DNA of 64,000 nucleotides. Origin: Clostridiales bacterium. GTDB taxonomy: Bacteria; Bacillota; Clostridia; Christensenellales; Borkfalkiaceae. Location of the stretch: assembly GCA_022508265.1 (NCBI GenBank), contig JAFLVP010000003.1:39500-103499 (forward strand), read 5' to 3'. Positions 8,986 through 18,452 of this stretch are shown here, one piece after another (the stretch's first letter is position 1; the number at the start of each line of letters is the position of its first letter). Under the pieces are notes generated by a model. The model did no database searches. It saw only the letters and a program-made list of their open reading frames with translations, and was not told the DNA's origin. Both the position numbers and the translations under genes were made by a program.

Positions 8986-9008
8986 CGAATCAACAGGAGG
9001 ATGTGTTG

Positions 9009-9239
9009 ATGTGTAAAGAGATTGACGGCATCATCTACGATACCGCTTCTTCTACGATTGACAAAAAATTCACCTACGGTGTACCCGGCGACCCCTGCGG
9101 CTATGAGGAGACCTTGTATATAACGAGCGACGGAAGATATTTTATTTACACCTACGGCGGTTCACAATCGAAATATCCCGTGGAAAATGTAGTTCCAATT
9201 GCGCGGGAGGACGTAAAAAATTGGATGATGTCCAGATAA
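9009..9239 (+). CDS. Hypothetical small protein (76 aa)
   Basis: ORF 8976..9239 trimmed to the ATG at 9009, preceded by AGGAGG plus 8 nt. Has its own promoter and terminator. No family recognised. Confidence 0.6.
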   Translation: MCKEIDGIIYDTASSTIDKKFTYGVPGDPCGYEETLYITSDGRYFIYTYGGSQSKYPVENVVPIAREDVKNWMMSR

Positions 9240-9254
9240 AACGCATAAAAATAC

Positions 9255-9287
9255 AAATCGGTTTACTCGCGTAAACCGATTTTTTTA
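9255..9287. terminator. Bidirectional intrinsic terminator
   Basis: AAATCGGTTTAC-TCGC-GTAAACCGATTT, a 12-bp stem flanked by an A-run and a T-run. Lies between convergent genes. Confidence 0.85.
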
Positions 9288-9288
9288 T

Positions 9289-10743
9289 TTATTGAGTCGG
9301 AGCCGAACTGTCAGATACGACAGGGTTTTCCGAAACTGCGTTATCTTCCGAAACCGCACTTTCGGCAAGGACGGTATCAGCACTTTCTTCCGTTCCGCCG
9401 CCACCGCTTTCCTCGGGAGGCTTTTTCTCTTTACCGTATAATACCTTTAAAAGTATCGGCGTAAGTATCGACGAAACGAGTATTAAAAGTACGGTCATGA
9501 ACATAAATTTTGGGTCAAGCTGCGCCGAGCCAAGCCCCGCGTCTGTTACGACCGCAGTTACTATAAGCGCAACCTCGCCGCGCGCCGCCATACCCGTGCC
9601 GCCTATCGCGCTTTCGCGCAGATTATAGCCGAACGCCTTGAACACCCCGCCGCACCCGACGATTTTGCCTATAATGCCCAAAATTACCGCAAGCACGGCA
9701 AAGAGCAGAATTTTATAGTCAAGACCGCTGAAGGAAATGCTTGAGATGCCGATATTCGCAAAGAATACGGGTGCAAATACGGTGTAAGTGTCTACCTCTA
9801 TCTGACTGTCTATGTACTTGCTCTCGCGGATGTCGGTTGAAAGCACTACGCCCGCAAGGAAGGCGCCCGTTATATCCGCAACGCCGAAAATATGTTCCGC
9901 GAGCCAGCTGTAACCGAAGCACACGGCAAGCGAGAAAATGGGTATGCGGTGATGGGTGGGCCAACGTTTATCCATCCATTTAAAGCATTTTGAAACCACC
10001 CAGCCCGCCGCAACGGCAAAGATGAAGAAGCACACAATCATTATAATGGTTCCGTAGGGAGTGGCTTTAAACGCCTCGAATGGGTTATCGCTTTCAACCG
10101 CGCCCGACTTTGCCATACCCGTAATTACGGACAACAGCACTATGCCTATGACGTCGTCTATAATTGCCGCAGAGACGATCGTGGTGCCCAGCTTGGTATT
10201 GATTTTCCCGAGCTCCTTCAAAACCGAAACGGTTATTGCAACGCTTGTGGCAGTGAGAATTACGCCTACGAACAGACTTCTGAAAATATCGTCGCGCGAG
10301 GCAAGCCCGAAACCAAGCTCGCCGAAGGGCAAAGAGATTAAAAATCCGAACAAAAGGGGCACAAAAACGCCGGAAAGCGCCACCAAAAGAGCGGTAAGTC
10401 CCGTATTTTTGAGTTCCTTTAGGTTTGTTTCAAGTCCCGTTGAAAACATCAGGAGAAGTACGCCTATCTTGGAAAATATACTCAACCCGTTGCCTCCCGT
10501 CGGCAGAACGAAAAGCGCGCTGTACTTACCCGCTTCCTGCGCATCTTCAAAGCCGATGAGCGAGACGTGCGCAAATTCGCCGAAGACGGCAGGACCTATG
10601 AGTATTCCCGCAATTATAAAACCGAGAACCTGCGGCAGACCGAAATGTCTGAACACGAGCCCCAAAAATTTAGTCGAAAATAAAATTATGGCAAGCACGG
10701 CAACAAAGCCGAGAGCCGAATTCCCCTCAAACGGAAGCGTCAT
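9289..10743 (-). CDS. Cation:proton antiporter (CPA2, Kef/NapA type), polytopic membrane protein
   Basis: 484 aa, about 12 TM helices, N-terminal GLPQVLGFIIAGILIGP motif typical of the Na_H exchanger family. Low-complexity acidic/Ser tail. Confidence 0.85.
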   Translation of the reverse strand: MTLPFEGNSALGFVAVLAIILFSTKFLGLVFRHFGLPQVLGFIIAGILIGPAVFGEFAHVSLIGFEDAQEAGKYSALFVLPTGGNGLSIFSKIGVLLLMFSTGLETNLKELKNTGLTALLVALSGVFVPLLFGFLISLPFGELGFGLASRDDIFRSLFVGVILTATSVAITVSVLKELGKINTKLGTTIVSAAIIDDVIGIVLLSVITGMAKSGAVESDNPFEAFKATPYGTIIMIVCFFIFAVAAGWVVSKCFKWMDKRWPTHHRIPIFSLAVCFGYSWLAEHIFGVADITGAFLAGVVLSTDIRESKYIDSQIEVDTYTVFAPVFFANIGISSISFSGLDYKILLFAVLAVILGIIGKIVGCGGVFKAFGYNLRESAIGGTGMAARGEVALIVTAVVTDAGLGSAQLDPKFMFMTVLLILVSSILTPILLKVLYGKEKKPPEESGGGGTEESADTVLAESAVSEDNAVSENPVVSDSSAPTQ

Positions 10744-10945
10744 ACAAATTCATACCTCTCAATAAGCTCACGCCCGCACGAGCACGGCGTCGCTTTTTAC
10801 ACCGCTTTGAATACGGCGTGTAAATACCGTTACAAGCAAGTAATTACACTTGCTATTATAGTATCGATTGTTTCAAATGTTAAGCAATTTGAAAAGGTTG
10901 ATTTTGCCACTTTAAAAAAAATTGAAAAAAATTTTAAAAAACCTC

Positions 10946-10973
10946 TTGACAAGTGTGTTTTTGATGATATAAT
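10946..10973 (+). promoter_or_regulatory. Strong sigma-70 promoter with extended -10
   Basis: TTGACA, 16 nt spacer, TGaTATAAT. Confidence 0.75.
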
Positions 10974-10979
10974 GAAAGT

Positions 10980-11340
10980 ACAAAAAGAAAGAAACTTTCA
11001 AAAAATGTTAGCGCGCAACATTATTGAGGTGTTCCAATGAAGGATACGTAGCCGCGAAAGCGGGTCAAGGTTTAATTTATTTGAGTTGCATTTAGCCGAC
11101 TCTATCTGATAAGGGAAAAATTTAATGTGTTAAGGAGGTAAAGTCCGATGGGAAATCTTTACACCTACACTATTAAAAATAAAGGATGGTAAACTCCGAT
11201 GTACAAGTTTACAGATGAGGTTTAATTCCAAACACGGTATAAGTTTGCGGCAGATTGCCGAGTGGTTTCTGAACCAACGTGCCTTTTAAAGCACCGTGAG
11301 GAGGCGACCTCGAAACCACAACTTAATAATTGATATATTT
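10980..11340 (+). ncRNA. Candidate structured non-coding RNA or leader of unknown class
   Basis: Lies between a consensus promoter (10946) and an intrinsic terminator (11341). No ORF longer than 14 codons with an RBS. Twin hairpins at 11133-11166 and 11189-11212. Nested helix GTGGTTTC(11262)...GAAACCAC(11319). Confidence 0.45.
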
Positions 11341-11369
11341 GCCCCGTGCGGTTGCGCGGGGTTTTGTTT
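11341..11369 (+). terminator. Intrinsic terminator
   Basis: CCCCGTGC-GGTT-GCGCGGGG followed by TTTTGTTT. Confidence 0.8.
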
Positions 11370-11372
11370 ATA

Positions 11373-11586
11373 TTCACAAAAATTTAATTCTATTCTGCGA
11401 ATTGAATTTTTCGTGATTTGGGGAACTAAGTTCCCCTTTACGCGATTTTTAAGTGCAAACGATTATAAAATTACGCAAATTCCCCTTGGGTTCGGGAGGG
11501 AAAGCGCAGTTTTCCCGCCCGCCATGGAGTGTTTTAAAAAGTTCACAAAAATATGCCTCTATTCTGCGCCGACTATTTTTGTGAAC
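11373..11586 (-). repeat. Family-1 mosaic hairpin repeat, variant with a tail hairpin at both ends
   Basis: TTCACAAAAATTTAATTCTATTCTGCGAATTGAATTTTTCGTGA, GGGGAACTAAGTTCCCC, ... and a second TTCACAAAAATA...TATTTTTGTGAA (perfect 12-bp stem) at 11541-11586. Confidence 0.85.
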
Positions 11587-11657
11587 AGGCTTTTTTTATG
11601 TTGCAATTTAGCTTTTTGTTTGATATAATCATATAGAAGTTTATATACGGAGATTAT

Positions 11658-12368
11658 ATGAAACCCAAATACAAAAGAGTTCTTATAAAACTTTCCGGTG
11701 AAGCTCTTGCGGGCGAAAGCGGCCACGGGCTTGACGAAAACGTCGTTTCGGGCGTGGTTGAGCAGATTTACAAGATTCACGAAATGGGCGTTCAGGTAGG
11801 GCTTGTAATAGGCGGCGGAAATTTCTGGCGGGGACGTCAGGGCAAGCAGATGGACAGAACGACTGCCGACCATATGGGAATGCTTGCCACCGTTATGAAC
11901 TCGCTTGCAATGATGGACGCGCTCGAACAGCGCGGCATACCCACCCGCGTTCAGACGGCGCTTATTATGACCTCGGTTGCAGAGCCCTATATTTTAAGAA
12001 AGACCCTCCACCACTTTGAAAAGGGCAGGGTAGTGATTATGGCTTGCGGTACGGGTAACCCCTATTTTTCCACCGACACGGCTGCCGCCCTGCGCGCCTG
12101 CGAAATTCAGGCAGACGTCGTGCTGATGGCGAAAAACGTTGACGGCATCTACGACAGCGACCCCAAGCTGAATCCCAACGCAAAAAAATACTCGCATATT
12201 AAATATTTGGATATTATCAAGAACGGTATAAAGGCAATGGATACAACCGCCGCCACAATGTGTATGGAAAATAATATCCCTGTCCTCGCTTTCGGGCTTG
12301 ACGCAAAGGACTCTATTATCCGCGCCGTATTCGGCGATATATCAGGCACCGTTATAGATAACAACTAA
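11658..12368 (+). CDS. pyrH: UMP kinase
   Basis: 236 aa, KRVLIKLSGEAL...GGGNFWRG motif. In the pyrH-frr-uppS-cdsA order. Confidence 0.97.
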   Translation: MKPKYKRVLIKLSGEALAGESGHGLDENVVSGVVEQIYKIHEMGVQVGLVIGGGNFWRGRQGKQMDRTTADHMGMLATVMNSLAMMDALEQRGIPTRVQTALIMTSVAEPYILRKTLHHFEKGRVVIMACGTGNPYFSTDTAAALRACEIQADVVLMAKNVDGIYDSDPKLNPNAKKYSHIKYLDIIKNGIKAMDTTAATMCMENNIPVLAFGLDAKDSIIRAVFGDISGTVIDNN

Positions 12369-12384
12369 ATCCCTTTGGGCTTTC

Positions 12385-12491
12385 CCTTGGATTAGAAACG
12401 AGTAGTTCAAGGCGCACGAGGCTTTCCGACACGAGTTTACTACCCGTAAATGAGTTAGGAAAACGCAGAAATGCGCAGTTTATAATACAAG
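12385..12491 (+). repeat. Family-2 long imperfect palindromic element (subtype shared with 62815)
   Basis: CCTTGGATTAGAAAC...GAGTTTAC-TACCC-GTAAATGA...GTTTATAATACAAG. About 90% identical to 62815-62932. Confidence 0.85.
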
Positions 12492-12514
12492 AACTATATT
12501 AAAAGAGGTAAATT

Positions 12515-13087
12515 ATGATTGATAACGAACAGGTTGAAGAAATAATTCTAACTCTCGACGACAAGCTTTCAAAGACGGTAAGCGTGCTCAAGGAAGAGTA
12601 CGCGGCAGTCCGCGCGGGCAGAGCTAATCCTCATATTCTTGATAAAGTTATGGTGGACTACTACGGCGTACCCACCCCTATTCCGCAGACTTCGAATATC
12701 TCCGTTCAGGAGGGCAGATGCCTTGTTATAGCTCCCTGGGATTCTTCCCTTTTGAAGGGCATCGAAAAGGCGTTGCAGGTTTCCAATATCGGCATTAACC
12801 CTACCAACGACGGCAAGGTTATCCGCCTCGTATTCCCTCAACTTACCGAGGAGCGCAGAAAGGAGCTGTGCAAGCAGGTGCGCAAGACGGGCGAAGATTC
12901 CAAGGTTGCGACAAGAAATATCCGCCGCGACGCTTTGGACGGACTTAAAAAGCTTAAAACGGATAAAATAATTTCAGAGGACGAACACGCTTCCTGTGAA
13001 AAGGACGTTGAAAAGTACGTAACCGATGCAATTGCTTCGATTGATAACTTAATGTCCCAGAAAGAAAAGGAGATTATGACCGTTTAA
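12515..13087 (+). CDS. frr: Ribosome recycling factor
   Basis: 190 aa with typical RRF sequence (RAGRANPHILD..., EERRKELCK). Confidence 0.97.
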   Translation: MIDNEQVEEIILTLDDKLSKTVSVLKEEYAAVRAGRANPHILDKVMVDYYGVPTPIPQTSNISVQEGRCLVIAPWDSSLLKGIEKALQVSNIGINPTNDGKVIRLVFPQLTEERRKELCKQVRKTGEDSKVATRNIRRDALDGLKKLKTDKIISEDEHASCEKDVEKYVTDAIASIDNLMSQKEKEIMTV

Positions 13088-13782
13088 TGCAGGATAGAGG
13101 AACGCCGCTGCACGTTGCGGTAATTATGGACGGCAACGGCAGATGGGCAAAAAAGAGGCTTCTGCCCCGAACCGTAGGACACGGCGCGGGTATGAAGGCA
13201 ATGATTGCCCTTGCAAAGCGGGCGAAGGAGCGCGGTGTTAAATATTTTACGGTATACGCGCTGTCCTCGGAAAATCTTTCCCGCCCCAAGGACGAGCTTG
13301 AAGGCTTATTCAATTTAATTCGCGAATACTTTACAAAAAATTTAAAAGAACTTTATGAAAGCAACTCCGCAGTTAAAATTATAGGCGATATTTCCGCTCT
13401 GCCCCAAGACTGCGCCGCTGTCTTGGAGGACAGTCAAAAAAATTCGCCGAAGGACGCGGATTTTACGATAATTTTTGCCGTAAACTACGGTTCGCGGCCT
13501 GAAATTATAAGGGCTGTAAATACCGCCGTCGAAAGGGGCGAGAAAGTGGACGTAAACTCCTTTTCCTCCCTTTTATACACGGACGGAGTACCCGACCCCG
13601 ACCTTGTGATACGCACGGGGGGCGAAGTAAGGCTTTCAAACTTTCTCTTATGGCAGGCTGCGTATGCCGAGCTGTATTTTACAGACGTACTCTTCCCCGA
13701 CTTTACGCCCAAAAAGCTTGATAAGGCGCTCGACGAGTACGCGCGGCGCGACAGACGCTTCGGAAAAATAAAAACTATATAA
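13087..13782 (+). CDS. uppS: Undecaprenyl diphosphate synthase
   Basis: HVAVIMDGNGRWA and RTGGE.RLSNFLLWQ motifs. Start overlaps the frr stop. Confidence 0.96.
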   Translation: MQDRGTPLHVAVIMDGNGRWAKKRLLPRTVGHGAGMKAMIALAKRAKERGVKYFTVYALSSENLSRPKDELEGLFNLIREYFTKNLKELYESNSAVKIIGDISALPQDCAAVLEDSQKNSPKDADFTIIFAVNYGSRPEIIRAVNTAVERGEKVDVNSFSSLLYTDGVPDPDLVIRTGGEVRLSNFLLWQAAYAELYFTDVLFPDFTPKKLDKALDEYARRDRRFGKIKTI

Positions 13783-13827
13783 CAAAGCCTGATAATTGAA
13801 AACCAGGTTAAATAAAAGGTAACTATT

Positions 13828-14811
13828 ATGAACAATTCGGAAATGAAGACCGCACAAACAAAGGGGCTTTCCTCAATGCAAAAAAGATGCATAACTGCGG
13901 CAGTTTATCTCGTTGTATGGGTAGGGCTGTGCGCCCTGAAATGGACGTTACCCGGTAATTGGGGCGCGTTGGGCTTTGATGCGGCATTCACGGCAGTATC
14001 GGTTATAGGCTGCTATGAATTTTTAAGGGCGGTAAACCGTCCCGAAAGCGGTCAATGCACAATCTCCTCCCCTCAACACACATTCACAATGGCGTTCTGC
14101 GCGCTCGTCGTGCCCCTGCACACACTCGTACAGCTCACTATGGGCGCCGGACTTTTAGCCGTTGCCTGCGCGTTTACGATTTATGTAATGTTCCTTGCGG
14201 CGGCGTCGGTGTTCGACCACCAAAAGAGCACCGTAAAGGGCACAATTTACTGCATATTCTGTATGCTGTACTGCGGCGTGCTCTCAACCATACTTTCATC
14301 CATCAACCATCTTGAAACCAACTCTATGGTGGCAATTTTGGTTCTGTTTATGTCCACCGTCTTAACGGACACGGGTGCGTTTACAATAGGTACGGCGCTC
14401 AAAAAGGTATTGCCCTTGAAGCTTGCGCCCCAGCTTTCCCCCAACAAGACGGTAATCGGCGCGATAGGCGGACTTTTGGGCGGCATAGTCGGCGGAATTC
14501 TTGCATACTATACGATATACATCTTCGGCGGCGTAAACGGACAGTCCATTATCCTGGGCTCCAATTTCAGCGTTTATCTCACCTTCTCAAGCGACAAAAT
14601 TCATCCCATCGTCTCCTTTATTCTCGTTGGACTTGCCACCTCGGTAATGGCGCAGATAGGCGACCTCTTTGAGAGCGCAATCAAGCGTGAATGCAGCGTT
14701 AAGGATATGGGAAACTGCCTGCCCGGACACGGCGGAGTTTTAGACAGATTTGACAGTATGCTTTACTGCAGCTGCGTAGTTCTGCTCTGCTTCGGCACTA
14801 TTATCGTTTAA
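13828..14811 (+). CDS. cdsA: Phosphatidate cytidylyltransferase
   Basis: Polytopic membrane protein with C-terminal signature SAIKRE..VKD.G..LPGHGGVLDRFDS. Start choice uncertain. Confidence 0.9.
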   Translation: MNNSEMKTAQTKGLSSMQKRCITAAVYLVVWVGLCALKWTLPGNWGALGFDAAFTAVSVIGCYEFLRAVNRPESGQCTISSPQHTFTMAFCALVVPLHTLVQLTMGAGLLAVACAFTIYVMFLAAASVFDHQKSTVKGTIYCIFCMLYCGVLSTILSSINHLETNSMVAILVLFMSTVLTDTGAFTIGTALKKVLPLKLAPQLSPNKTVIGAIGGLLGGIVGGILAYYTIYIFGGVNGQSIILGSNFSVYLTFSSDKIHPIVSFILVGLATSVMAQIGDLFESAIKRECSVKDMGNCLPGHGGVLDRFDSMLYCSCVVLLCFGTIIV

Positions 14812-14929
14812 TTTAAATTCAATTTTACGTGGACAAGAATAGCCCACTACACTTCAAGCAAGAAGTATAGTGGGCTATAATTATAACCGTCGTTTTGTCA
14901 TTTTTTATTTTTTAACGGGTATAATAATT

Positions 14930-16024
14930 ATGAAAAATATTTCGCTGATAGGTTCAACGGGCTCAATCGGCAGACAGGTTTTAAACGTCGTGCGCGCAAA
15001 CCCCGACAAATTCAAAATTTGCGCACTCGTCTGCAACTCCCCCTCCGAGGAGTTTAAAAAGCAAATCGAAGAGTTCAAGCCCGCCTACGCTTACGTAGCC
15101 TCGCAGGACAAAGACGCCGTGCAGGCGGCGCGACTTGACGAAGCCGATATAATTTTCAATGCGGCGGGCGGCTTTGCGGGGCTCGAATACAGCTTAACGG
15201 CTGTGGAAAACGGCAAAAGGCTTGCACTTGCCAACAAGGAAACTCTTGTGTGCGCGGGAAGTCTTATTAAATCTCGCGCTGAAATGACGGGTGCGGAAAT
15301 TTTACCCGTTGACAGCGAGCACTCGGCAATCTGGCAGTGCCTGAACTACGACCTTTCCACCCCATTCAAAAAACTGATAATTACGGCGAGCGGCGGGGCT
15401 TTTCGCAATCTTACAAAGGACGAGCTTGAAAAAGTGACTCCCGAACAAGCTCTCAACCACCCCACCTGGAAGATGGGTGCAAAAATTACGGTGGACAGCG
15501 CGACGCTAATGAACAAGGGCTACGAGGTAATAGAGGCTCACGAGCTGTACGACTGCCCCTACGAAAAAATTCAGACGGTACTTCAGCCCACGAGCATAGT
15601 ACACTCGCTCGTCGAGTTCGGGGACGGCGGAGTTTTGGCGCAGATGGGCACGCCGAGCATGGAGTTGCCCATAACCCTTGCACTTACCTACCCCGAAAGA
15701 ATTAAGGGGACAACTACTCCTCTCGACTTTAAAAAGGCGTTCAATCTGGAATTTTTACCCCTTATCCGCAAGAACTACCCCCTCTACGACCTTGCCTTAA
15801 GCTGCGGCGAGGCGGGCGGAACTCTGCCCTGCGCTTTAAACGGTGCCGACGAGGTTGCCGTTCACGCTTTCCTAAATAAAAAAATATCATTTACACGCAT
15901 TTACAGCGTCGTTTCCGAGGTTGTTTCCGCCACCGTGCGCGAGGATATTAAGTCCTTTGAACAGCTCACGGAGGTTGACCGCAAGGCAAGGCAAAGAGCG
16001 GAAGAGTTTATCAGACGGCTTTAA
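14930..16024 (+). CDS. dxr: 1-deoxy-D-xylulose 5-phosphate reductoisomerase
   Basis: ORF trimmed to MKNISLIGSTGSIGRQ (NADPH-binding GSTGSIG). LANKE and HPTWKMG motifs present. Confidence 0.96.
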   Translation: MKNISLIGSTGSIGRQVLNVVRANPDKFKICALVCNSPSEEFKKQIEEFKPAYAYVASQDKDAVQAARLDEADIIFNAAGGFAGLEYSLTAVENGKRLALANKETLVCAGSLIKSRAEMTGAEILPVDSEHSAIWQCLNYDLSTPFKKLIITASGGAFRNLTKDELEKVTPEQALNHPTWKMGAKITVDSATLMNKGYEVIEAHELYDCPYEKIQTVLQPTSIVHSLVEFGDGGVLAQMGTPSMELPITLALTYPERIKGTTTPLDFKKAFNLEFLPLIRKNYPLYDLALSCGEAGGTLPCALNGADEVAVHAFLNKKISFTRIYSVVSEVVSATVREDIKSFEQLTEVDRKARQRAEEFIRRL

Positions 16025-16040
16025 TGCGCATTTCAATTTT

Positions 16041-17159
16041 ATGAATCTACTTTCCTTTTCATCGGTAATGCAAATAATCGGCTCGGTACTGCTGGCAATC
16101 CTGATATTGCTCGTAATGATTACCGTGCACGAGTTCGGGCATTACCTCGCGGGAAAAGCTTTAAAATTTAAAATAAACGAGTTTGCAATAGGCTTCGGTC
16201 CCCGACTTTTTAAACGCACCTCCAAAAAAAGCGGGGAAATTTTTTCGGTTAGGGCTCTGCCACTCGGCGGATTCTGCGCATTCGAGGGCGAGGATACAAG
16301 TAGCGACGACGACGGCGCGTTCACGAAAAAGGCGCCTTGGAAGCGCATAATAGTTCTCGTTGCGGGTCCGCTTGCAAACTATTTAATTGCCCTGCTACTC
16401 ATAATCGTTTCGCTGTTCGCGTTCGGACAGCCCGTCTTTAAGGTGGGCGGCGTTGTCGCTCCCGAGAGCAACACGGAAATTTTCGCCGAATATTCCCTTA
16501 AAGAGAACGACCTTATTTTGAAAGCGAACGGGCAGGGCGTGTACCTTGTAACCGATTTGATGTCGGCGCTGAACGGTAAAAAAGAGGGCGACAAGGTGGG
16601 TTTTACCGTGTTCCGCGACGGCAAGGAACAGGATATTAAGGTTATGCTCCGCGCCGACTGTAAATTCGAAAACTCCTCTCAAACGAGCAGGGTCTGGCGC
16701 GCCCTCGGCATAGAGACGGTCGAAAGAGAGGACGGCAACATCTATTGGAACCTGTCCTCGGTAAATTACAGATTTTCCTTCTTCTCCACGCTCGGGCGTG
16801 CGTTCGTATATTCGGGAAGAATTGCGGGAACTATTTTCAAGGTTTTGGGCGAGCTTTTAACAGGCAAGCTCGGCTTGAGCGCAATGGGCGGGCCCGTCAC
16901 AACGATTAAGCTGACTTCGCAGATTGCCGCACAAGGCTTGCAGAGCTTTCTTGAAATAGCCGCCTATATCGGCGTGAATTTGGCGGTGTTCAATCTCTTG
17001 CCCATACCCGCGCTCGACGGCAGTAAAGTGGTGTTCTGCTTAATTGAGTGGATATTCAGAAAACCCGTCCCGCGCAAAATAGAGGCGATTATCCACGCCG
17101 TAGGCTTTATACTCATTCTCGCCTTCGCCGTCCTTGTGGATATTCTGCAATTTATTTAA
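16041..17159 (+). CDS. rseP: RIP site-2 zinc metalloprotease RseP
   Basis: ORF trimmed to the ATG at 16041 (MNLLSF...). HEFGHY zinc motif in TM1, a PDZ-like middle region, and C-terminal NLLPIPALDG. Confidence 0.93.
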   Translation: MNLLSFSSVMQIIGSVLLAILILLVMITVHEFGHYLAGKALKFKINEFAIGFGPRLFKRTSKKSGEIFSVRALPLGGFCAFEGEDTSSDDDGAFTKKAPWKRIIVLVAGPLANYLIALLLIIVSLFAFGQPVFKVGGVVAPESNTEIFAEYSLKENDLILKANGQGVYLVTDLMSALNGKKEGDKVGFTVFRDGKEQDIKVMLRADCKFENSSQTSRVWRALGIETVEREDGNIYWNLSSVNYRFSFFSTLGRAFVYSGRIAGTIFKVLGELLTGKLGLSAMGGPVTTIKLTSQIAAQGLQSFLEIAAYIGVNLAVFNLLPIPALDGSKVVFCLIEWIFRKPVPRKIEAIIHAVGFILILAFAVLVDILQFI

Positions 17160-17164
17160 AAACT

Positions 17165-17207
17165 AAAAAATAAGCCTCTTGTGCATTGCACAAGAGGCTT
17201 TATTATT
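17165..17207. terminator. Bidirectional intrinsic terminator
   Basis: AAGCCTCTTGTGCA-T-TGCACAAGAGGCTT flanked by A-rich and T-rich runs, between convergent rseP and the thiT-like gene. Confidence 0.85.
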
Positions 17208-17214
17208 ATATTGA

Positions 17215-18417
17215 TTATTCAGCCGTTGTTTCTGCGGAAGCCTCCGCCTTTTCAACTTTTTTTGTACCCATAAGAGTATATTTTTCAACCTGATTTGTGA
17301 AGTTTTTGGACGTGAAAAGCAACACGCCGACAACCACGACGATAATAATTTCGGGTATGACGTACAGCGCGTTGTAGACGAGCGAATACACGTACGCGTT
17401 GGAAAAGCCCTCCCAGACGTCGGTGTACCAGGCGCCGAACGAGCCGAACGCAAACGCGCCAGAGAAGAAGTGCGCTATATAGCGCAAAACGCCAGCAATA
17501 GTTGCGCCGAGCGCAAACTGTGCTTTGTTGCCATTAAATAAGTTAAAGCTCCTCAAAATTCCCGTAAGTCCGAGTGCGGAGAACGCCACGAGATAGTCTA
17601 AAACAAACTGTGCGGGGTGAACCACGTAGGGGTCCTGAATTGCCTGCAGACAGCCGTAGACAAGTCCTGCTATTACACCCTTGCGTGCGCCGAACATATA
17701 TGCGAAGAGCATAAGAGGCAGCATCGAAGCAAAGGTTATCGAGCCACCGAAGGGCATTTTGACTATTCTTATGTAGGACAGCGCAAAGGACATACCTACG
17801 CACACTGCCGCAAAGGTCAAAGAACGGGTATCCCAACCCGTAGAGTTTTTGTCAAAAAGAATTGCGGGAACGGCAATCACTGCTACGAGAATTACAGCCG
17901 ATATGTACAGCCCGAGCGTGTTGACGTCCTCTGCGCTCTCAAACCAGTTGGGCTCGATATAGTCGCCGCTCGCAAAGTGGAAGCCAACGCAGACAATAGC
18001 CGCGACCAATGCCGCACCCGTGAGCGAGGCGCAAGTAATTTTTACCCACTTTAAGGGCTTTAAGTAGATTGCAAGGGCGCTTCCCACCGCCACGAGCACG
18101 AGCGCAAGCAGAGGATAGTACAAAAGCGGGAAGAAGTACTCCTCTTTATCGCTTACTTCAAGGAAGTAGCATACGGTAAACAGCACTATGGAAGTGATGA
18201 CGTAAGCCAAAATAACGCCTAGGCTTATCTTGTTTACAAGCGGTTGCTTGTCTTTGGGAATTACCAGCTTGCACACGATTATGCCGATTGTCAAGGCAAT
18301 TGCAATCCACAGCATTGACGAGCGGCTTGCGTTGGTAAGTCCGTCGAAGTTCGTAAAGTACTGTTTCATATTTTCGAATATGTACTCTCCAAACCCCGAA
18401 AGTAATGAGTTAATCAT
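17215..18417 (-). CDS. thiT: ThiT-like ECF S-component (thiamine transporter) with a ~200-aa extra N-terminal membrane domain
   Basis: C-terminal half (...SYIRIVKMPFGGSITFASMLPLMLFAYMFG...GCLQ...) resembles ThiT/YuaJ. Preceded by a TPP riboswitch. N-terminal half has about 5 additional TM helices. Confidence 0.65.
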   Translation of the reverse strand: MINSLLSGFGEYIFENMKQYFTNFDGLTNASRSSMLWIAIALTIGIIVCKLVIPKDKQPLVNKISLGVILAYVITSIVLFTVCYFLEVSDKEEYFFPLLYYPLLALVLVAVGSALAIYLKPLKWVKITCASLTGAALVAAIVCVGFHFASGDYIEPNWFESAEDVNTLGLYISAVILVAVIAVPAILFDKNSTGWDTRSLTFAAVCVGMSFALSYIRIVKMPFGGSITFASMLPLMLFAYMFGARKGVIAGLVYGCLQAIQDPYVVHPAQFVLDYLVAFSALGLTGILRSFNLFNGNKAQFALGATIAGVLRYIAHFFSGAFAFGSFGAWYTDVWEGFSNAYVYSLVYNALYVIPEIIIVVVVGVLLFTSKNFTNQVEKYTLMGTKKVEKAEASAETTAE

Positions 18418-18452
18418 AAAACTTTCTCCTTTTACCGCCGTAAAAGTTCCGT

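Noticed and set aside
10061-10765. 234-codon plus-strand ORF
   Set aside because: It is antisense to the CPA2 antiporter and has low-complexity Ser/Pro/Thr composition.
10807-11040. 77-codon plus-strand ORF
   Set aside because: It spans the consensus promoter at 10946-10973 and has no RBS, so it is unlikely to be coding.
10980-11369. Possibility that the non-coding unit is RNase P RNA, given its ~390 nt size and GGAGGTAAAGTCCG / GGTAAACTCC resembling the CR-I GAGGAAAGUCC and GGUAAACUCC motifs
   Set aside because: There is no complementary strand for the P4 helix (nothing like GGACUU downstream) and no ACAGAA..GGCUUA element. The region is AT-rich and lacks P1 end-pairing. The motif resemblance is better explained as SD-like sequence. 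I also saw no tmRNA, SRP RNA or 6S RNA hallmarks.
11296-11628. 110-codon plus-strand ORF
   Set aside because: It reads through a terminator and a family-1 repeat copy. Similar pseudo-ORFs arise wherever the repeat occurs, for example the rplC and rnhB N-terminal extensions.
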